A stretch of DNA of 64,000 nucleotides from Candidatus Woesearchaeota archaeon (lineage in GTDB: Archaea > Nanobdellota > Nanobdellia > Woesearchaeales > GW2011-AR4), in NCBI GenBank assembly GCA_016185845.1, contig JACPMV010000002.1, positions 1,564-65,563 of the forward strand, in the 5' to 3' direction. Below, in pieces: positions 61,027-64,000 of this stretch. Position numbers and translations under genes: made by a program. The notes beneath the pieces are model-generated. The model saw only the letters and a list, made by a program, of their open reading frames with translations. It was not told where the DNA came from and did not search any database. The stretch's first letter is position 1, and the number at the start of each line of letters is the position of its first letter.

Positions 61027-61778
61027 AAGCGATAATACTTGCGGCAGGCGTTGGCAGCAGGCTGGGTGATGTGACTAAAACAACTCCAAAATGCCTGATA
61101 AAGATAGGCAGCAAAGTAATTGCAGAGCATCAAATAGAGGCATTAACTTCCAATAATCTAACAGATATCAGCATGGTAATAGGGCACCAGGCAGAAAAGG
61201 TAAAAGACGCACTGAAAGATAAAAATGTTAAGTTTTACACCAATAAAGACTATGACAAGACAGGCATGCTGGAAAGCCTGTTCTGCGCGGAAAAAGAATT
61301 AAATGGTGATGTCATCATGCTGTATGGGGATATTGTGTTCAAAGAGAACCTGATAAGGAAACTGCTGAAAGACAAAAATGACATTTGCCTGGTTGTGGAT
61401 AGGTATAAAGAAATAGCCCACGAATCCGAGAAAGCTTTTGAAGAATACCATGGTCAAAAACTGGAAAAAGGAAGCACTAAAGTAAACATTGTTGACGGCA
61501 TAGTCAAGAAAATATCAAAAAGCATGCCCAAGGAAGAGGCAAGCGCGGAGTATATAGGAATCACAAAATTCAGCAGGAAGATTGTGGAAATAGTTCATAA
61601 TAGGATCAAAGAACTCATAGATAACGGAGAAATAAAAGCATACCCGACACCATCGCGTCTGTTCAAGTGGCTTATAGAGAACGGGCACGAAATGCATGTT
61701 ACCTATACGGACGGGATTCTGTACGAAGAAATTGATTACGCTGATGACCTGGAAAGCGCCAAAGAAAAATTTGTATAA
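61023..61778 (+). CDS. LicC/PntC-like cytidylyltransferase
   Basis: ILAAGVGSRL...PK, YGDI, EEIDYADD. Confidence 0.85.
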   Translation: MKAIILAAGVGSRLGDVTKTTPKCLIKIGSKVIAEHQIEALTSNNLTDISMVIGHQAEKVKDALKDKNVKFYTNKDYDKTGMLESLFCAEKELNGDVIMLYGDIVFKENLIRKLLKDKNDICLVVDRYKEIAHESEKAFEEYHGQKLEKGSTKVNIVDGIVKKISKSMPKEEASAEYIGITKFSRKIVEIVHNRIKELIDNGEIKAYPTPSRLFKWLIENGHEMHVTYTDGILYEEIDYADDLESAKEKFV

Positions 61779-61779
61779 A

Positions 61780-62433
61780 CTAATATTTCTTTACTAAGCC
61801 GATAATTTCTGAAATATCTTTAATGTAATGGTCTCCTTTAGCGCTCTTTTCTATGCAGGCGGATTTTATACCTGCGAGCTTTGCGCCTCTCATTTCGTAT
61901 TCTTTGTGCCCTACAAAAATGGCTTCAAAAGATTTTACATTTAATTTTTTAAGCATTGCTTCGTAGGATTCCTTCCGGTCTTTTGTATATCCGGTTACGC
62001 TTGAGCACACTATGACATCAACAAACTGCGCCAAGCCTATTTTTTTAAACCATTCCCATTTTTTCTCTTCTGTAGTTGCAGTGTCAGTCAGAATTCCTAT
62101 TTTTATGCCCAGCGACTTTATTTTCTCAAATGTGCTATGGGCATTTTCCTTAATCTTTATATTTGAAAAATTCTGCCTGAAAACAGCGGCAAACTCATTA
62201 AAAAAATTGCCGTCAAATTCTATTTTAAGGTATTCCAGGGTTTTTTTGAGATGCTCATCTTTTGAAATATCATTCTTGTAGAGTTGCAGGGCATATTCGT
62301 CATAGGCCTTGATAAACTGCTTTGCAGATACTTTATGGCCCCTTTCCATGAGAAAATCAAGTATTAGTTTTAATGTTTCATCGTCCCTGTAATATACCAA
62401 GTCCCCGGCATCAAATATTACTGCCTTAATCAT
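61780..62433 (-). CDS. HAD-family hydrolase
   Basis: IFDAGD, ILTD, IFVGH. Confidence 0.8.
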   Translation of the reverse strand: MIKAVIFDAGDLVYYRDDETLKLILDFLMERGHKVSAKQFIKAYDEYALQLYKNDISKDEHLKKTLEYLKIEFDGNFFNEFAAVFRQNFSNIKIKENAHSTFEKIKSLGIKIGILTDTATTEEKKWEWFKKIGLAQFVDVIVCSSVTGYTKDRKESYEAMLKKLNVKSFEAIFVGHKEYEMRGAKLAGIKSACIEKSAKGDHYIKDISEIIGLVKKY

Positions 62434-62475
62434 GCACCAGTTTTGCAATAACATATATAAATACGTTTGGTTTCA

Positions 62476-63546
62476 ATGCCCTATCCGAAAATGATTGAGC
62501 TAAGAAATGACAGGCAAAGGTCAGAATACATAAAGAACTTATTAAAAGAATTCTTTCCCGGAACAGCAGCCTTTACTGACAAGTTTATAGACGTAGGCGC
62601 TATGAATTATGTTTATGAGGCAGAAGCCGGTGGGCATGTCATCTATCTGAAGCAAGCCCTGGACGATGCAAAAAACAAGGAAAAAATAGGCAAGGATTTG
62701 GCAGGCATACCGAAAAACAGGATAGGCTACGAGGATAAATATATAGAGACAATCAGCAAATTCCTGCCAAAAGAGATCGAATTGCCTAAAATCCTCAAGT
62801 ACGATAAAGAAAATAATATACTAATCATTTCTGATGTAAAGAAAGGAGGGACACTTCTTGAGGAATCGCTTCTCAATGGAAATTTCAACGCTAAAACAGC
62901 ATATAATCTTGGCAAGTTCCTTGGACTGTCGCATAAAAACACAATCGGCAGAAACATAACAATAAGGGGCTCTGAGGAAAACGATGTTGATAACTGGGAA
63001 ATTTTCCTGAAGATGAGGACAACAGGAATACTGCAAAAAGAAAAATTTTCAGATGATGTTGTAAAAAATGTCAATGATGTTTATGAGGATGTAAAATATA
63101 ATTACATCAATAATGTTGTCATAAACATGGACTGCTGCCCTAAAAACGTGTTTGAAAGGAAAAATGGCTCTATCGGATTAGTGGATTTCGAGCTGGCTTC
63201 CGGCATCGGTGATCCGGCTTATGACCTAGGATTTTTAATCGGGCATTACCTTATAATGCTTGCCATCAGAACTGATAAGGTTGAAGAGGCAATATCTTCA
63301 ATACAGAGCATCCTGAAAGGATACAGAGAAGAAATGAACTTCTTAAATGATAAGAATGACAATGAGAGGCTTGTAAAATACAGCGGCATGATCATGATAT
63401 ATCGGGTTGCGGGCTCAAGCCCGGCGCCTTACATTAAAGCTGATAAAATGCCTTTAATAAAAGAAATTGGGATTCAGCTTATAACACGAAATTTCCACAA
63501 TTTTGATGAAGTATTCTACTATATCAGAAAACGATTAAAAAATTAG
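62476..63546 (+). CDS. APH/choline-kinase-fold phosphotransferase (methylthioribose kinase-like)
   Basis: GAMNYVY, YLKQA, NMDCCPKN, VDFE, GDPAYDLG. Confidence 0.75.
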   Translation: MPYPKMIELRNDRQRSEYIKNLLKEFFPGTAAFTDKFIDVGAMNYVYEAEAGGHVIYLKQALDDAKNKEKIGKDLAGIPKNRIGYEDKYIETISKFLPKEIELPKILKYDKENNILIISDVKKGGTLLEESLLNGNFNAKTAYNLGKFLGLSHKNTIGRNITIRGSEENDVDNWEIFLKMRTTGILQKEKFSDDVVKNVNDVYEDVKYNYINNVVINMDCCPKNVFERKNGSIGLVDFELASGIGDPAYDLGFLIGHYLIMLAIRTDKVEEAISSIQSILKGYREEMNFLNDKNDNERLVKYSGMIMIYRVAGSSPAPYIKADKMPLIKEIGIQLITRNFHNFDEVFYYIRKRLKN

Positions 63547-63559
63547 CCGCTTATTTAAT

Positions 63560-64000
63560 TTATTTTACTATCCTCTTATACAATCCCTTCAATTCTTCCA
63601 AATCTATTATTTTTAATATGAACAGCAAAGCAACGTATACTAACGATGATATCAACAATACTATAGCTGTTTCAATCCACACATTTAATTCAATTATTTT
63701 TTTCAAACCCCATATAGTAAAAGTAAAAATAATTCCAGCAAGAAAAGTCTTTGCCCATACTGCTTTCGGGAAAGAGATATCAATAAACCTTCTCATGTTT
63801 GCAAGCCCCATTGACATCATAATCAGATAGCTTAAGGTTGTCGATATAGCGGCGCCGATTATTCCTATGTAGGGTATTAAGATTATGCTTGCTATGAAAT
63901 TAAATATTGCCGCAGTATAAACTATTTTAGTAGTTATCTGGGGCTCCCTTATACCTCCAAAGAAATCTATATTTGTCGCATATATAACTGCAAATATCAT
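63560..64000 (-). CDS. Wzx-type flippase, C-terminal part (begins outside window)
   Basis: LIPYIGIIGAAIST; several TM segments. Confidence 0.8.
   Translation of the reverse strand: MIFAVIYATNIDFFGGIREPQITTKIVYTAAIFNFIASIILIPYIGIIGAAISTTLSYLIMMSMGLANMRRFIDISFPKAVWAKTFLAGIIFTFTIWGLKKIIELNVWIETAIVLLISSLVYVALLFILKIIDLEELKGLYKRIVK

Noticed and set aside
26..63830. Many 60-190 aa ORFs overlapping the called genes
   Set aside because: Antisense or off-frame shadows of well-supported genes with no motifs of their own.
1..64000. CRISPR array, rRNA or tRNA genes
   Set aside because: No regularly spaced repeats or recognisable structural RNA; the window is almost fully protein-coding.
1..64000. Alternative genetic code or stop readthrough
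   Set aside because: TAA, TAG and TGA all end full-length genes at the expected family lengths.

Overview
About 64 kb of one large surface-glycan biosynthesis region. It is most likely archaeal (DPANN/Woesearchaeota-like). That is inferred from BRE-TATA promoters about 25 nt upstream of apparently leaderless ATGs, ATGA gene overlaps and frequent strand switching; there is no marker gene in the window. It holds about 55 genes: GT2, GT4 and GT-C glycosyltransferases, two Wzx-type flippases, an SMR/EamA pair, nucleotide-sugar enzymes (rmlA, two rmlB, rmlC, rfbF/G-like, Wbp-like set), four DegT aminotransferases and several methyltransferases. Main highlight: the locus encodes both a phosphoramidate (P-N) pathway and a 2-hydroxyethylphosphonate (P-C) pathway. 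The P-N module resembles Campylobacter Cj1418/Cj1417/Cj1416, with an extra fused cytidylyltransferase and a LMW phosphatase. The P-C module is CyTase-PepM, Ppd, Fe-ADH and a PntC-like enzyme. The two modules share paralogous cytidylyltransferase domains, one of them fused to an AbrB-like domain. Other notable items: a 92-bp double-hairpin miniature insertion whose removal restores an ATGA gene overlap; a free-standing LAGLIDADG endonuclease between rmlB and rmlA; a DUF4258/DUF2283-like toxin-antitoxin pair flanked by direct repeats and FG-GAP/RHS remnants; a C-methyltransferase-decarboxylase fusion; and a T16 tract. No rRNA, tRNA or CRISPR array was seen. All calls are by-eye motif recognition; no searches were run.
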